From Pseudomonadota bacterium (GTDB lineage Bacteria; Pseudomonadota; Alphaproteobacteria; Rhizobiales; Devosiaceae): a stretch of DNA of 64,000 bases. Shown in pieces: positions 63,082 to 64,000 of the stretch (position 1 is its first letter; the number at the start of each line of letters is the position of its first letter). The notes under the pieces are model-generated. The model was not told the origin of the DNA. It ran no database searches and saw only the letters and a list, made by a program, of their open reading frames with translations. Where the stretch lies: assembly GCA_023391095.1 (NCBI GenBank), contig JAEWBN010000014.1:70276-134275 (forward strand), read 5' to 3'. The translations under genes and the position numbers were made by a program.

Positions 63082-63368
63082 TCCGTCACACCGTCGTCTT
63101 TTCCCTAAAGCACCCCGCCGGCTCGGCAGAGGAAAGCAGCTTTCTTGACGCTGCACAGGTGCTAGCAGGCATTCCAGGCGTGGAGAAGTTTGAGCGTCTG
63201 CGCCAAGTGAGCCCCAAGGCTGACTTTGACTTCGGTTTCTCGATGGAGTTTGCCGATCAGGCAGCCTATCAGACCTACAACGACCACCCCGAGCATGTTG
63301 CCTTCGTCCGCGACCGGTGGGTGCCTGAAGTGGCTAGCTTTCAGGAAATCGACTACGTCCCCCTTTAG
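63078..63368 (+). CDS. Dabb family (stress-responsive A/B barrel) protein
   Basis: MIRHTVVF and Y..HPEH..F motifs; ATGA overlap. Confidence 0.85.
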   Translation: MIRHTVVFSLKHPAGSAEESSFLDAAQVLAGIPGVEKFERLRQVSPKADFDFGFSMEFADQAAYQTYNDHPEHVAFVRDRWVPEVASFQEIDYVPL

Positions 63369-63493
63369 CTGAAGGCGCATCTTCCTCAACCGAGGACGAG
63401 TGCAACTCGCATCAAAGCGGTCGGGGCGGACTGTCTTCAACTGCCCATTAATCCCTCGTCAGCCATACTGGCGGGGTATTAATTGGTTTGCCC

Positions 63494-63892
63494 ATGCCCA
63501 CCCGTCTCAAACGTCCCCCTATCTGGCGCCCCCTCGGACTGACCGTGGCTCTGCTCGCGTTTCAGGGCTATCTGGGCTACTCCGCCATTTCGGGGCAATT
63601 CGGCATCGAGAATCGCGAACAGATCATCGCCGACATTCAGGTGCTGGAAGACAAGAGTTCGGCCCTGCAGGCAGAGATAGATGCCTTTCGGCACCGCAAC
63701 TCCTTGATGAATCCCAAGCATCTTGATCCGGATCTGGTGACCGAACGCGCCCGAGCACTGTTGAACATGGCCCATGCGGATGACATCCTTGTCATGGTCA
63801 ATCCAGAGAATGGTAAACCAGTTTCCAGTAAATTTGTAGAATTAATCGATAGTGAGTTAATGTCGATTATCGAAGCGGATTCAACGCTTTAG
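63494..63892 (+). CDS. ftsB: Septum formation initiator FtsB/DivIC
   Basis: TM, coiled coil and LDPDL..ERAR..LN motif. Confidence 0.82.
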   Translation: MPTRLKRPPIWRPLGLTVALLAFQGYLGYSAISGQFGIENREQIIADIQVLEDKSSALQAEIDAFRHRNSLMNPKHLDPDLVTERARALLNMAHADDILVMVNPENGKPVSSKFVELIDSELMSIIEADSTL

Positions 63893-64000
63893 GGAGTGAT
63901 GCCCCGGGCTACTGCGGCAATGTTATCGCGCACACGCTTGCGGTATAGTAGTTGAGTGGCCAGACTGGCCAGCGGCAAATTCCCGACCAAGCGGAGAGTA

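Noticed and set aside
1..64000. Many long antisense or alternate-frame ORFs (e.g. 16682-18607, 42244-44193, 13297-15045, 45198-46928)
   Set aside because: Shadow ORFs of well-conserved genes in GC-rich DNA; no recognisable motifs
1..64000. CRISPR arrays, IS elements, integrases, prophage or defence genes
   Set aside because: No spaced direct repeats or such protein motifs seen

Overview
A mostly core-chromosome segment of an alphaproteobacterium (Hyphomicrobiales, probably Devosia-like; this is inferred from gene content and order). Left to right it holds: a siderophore-interacting protein plus Fep-type ABC importer; an enterobacterial-type murB; two stress genes; tRNA-Arg(CCT); a degenerate deformylase; frameshifted prfB; an M23 peptidase, bcp, an AsmA-like protein and tyrS; the suf operon; a class III-like aroA; a GGDEF protein, a DEAD-box helicase, an EcpR1-like sRNA and rpmG; rnr, plsY-dprA-topA, pyrBC and ruvX; gatCAB with inserted genes; purMN, hdaA, ppk/ppx, rnd, aspS, an EAL protein, maeB and ftsB. 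I saw no CRISPR array, integrase or transposase, and no clearly new multi-gene system. The best leads are the EcpR1-like sRNA, four EcfG-type stress promoters in front of small unannotated genes (including a tandem pair of Pro/Asp/Glu-rich microproteins), the class III EPSPS, a local inversion of plsY-dprA-topA, and a codon/GC shift that starts inside sufD. All calls come from motif recognition by eye; no database searches were run.
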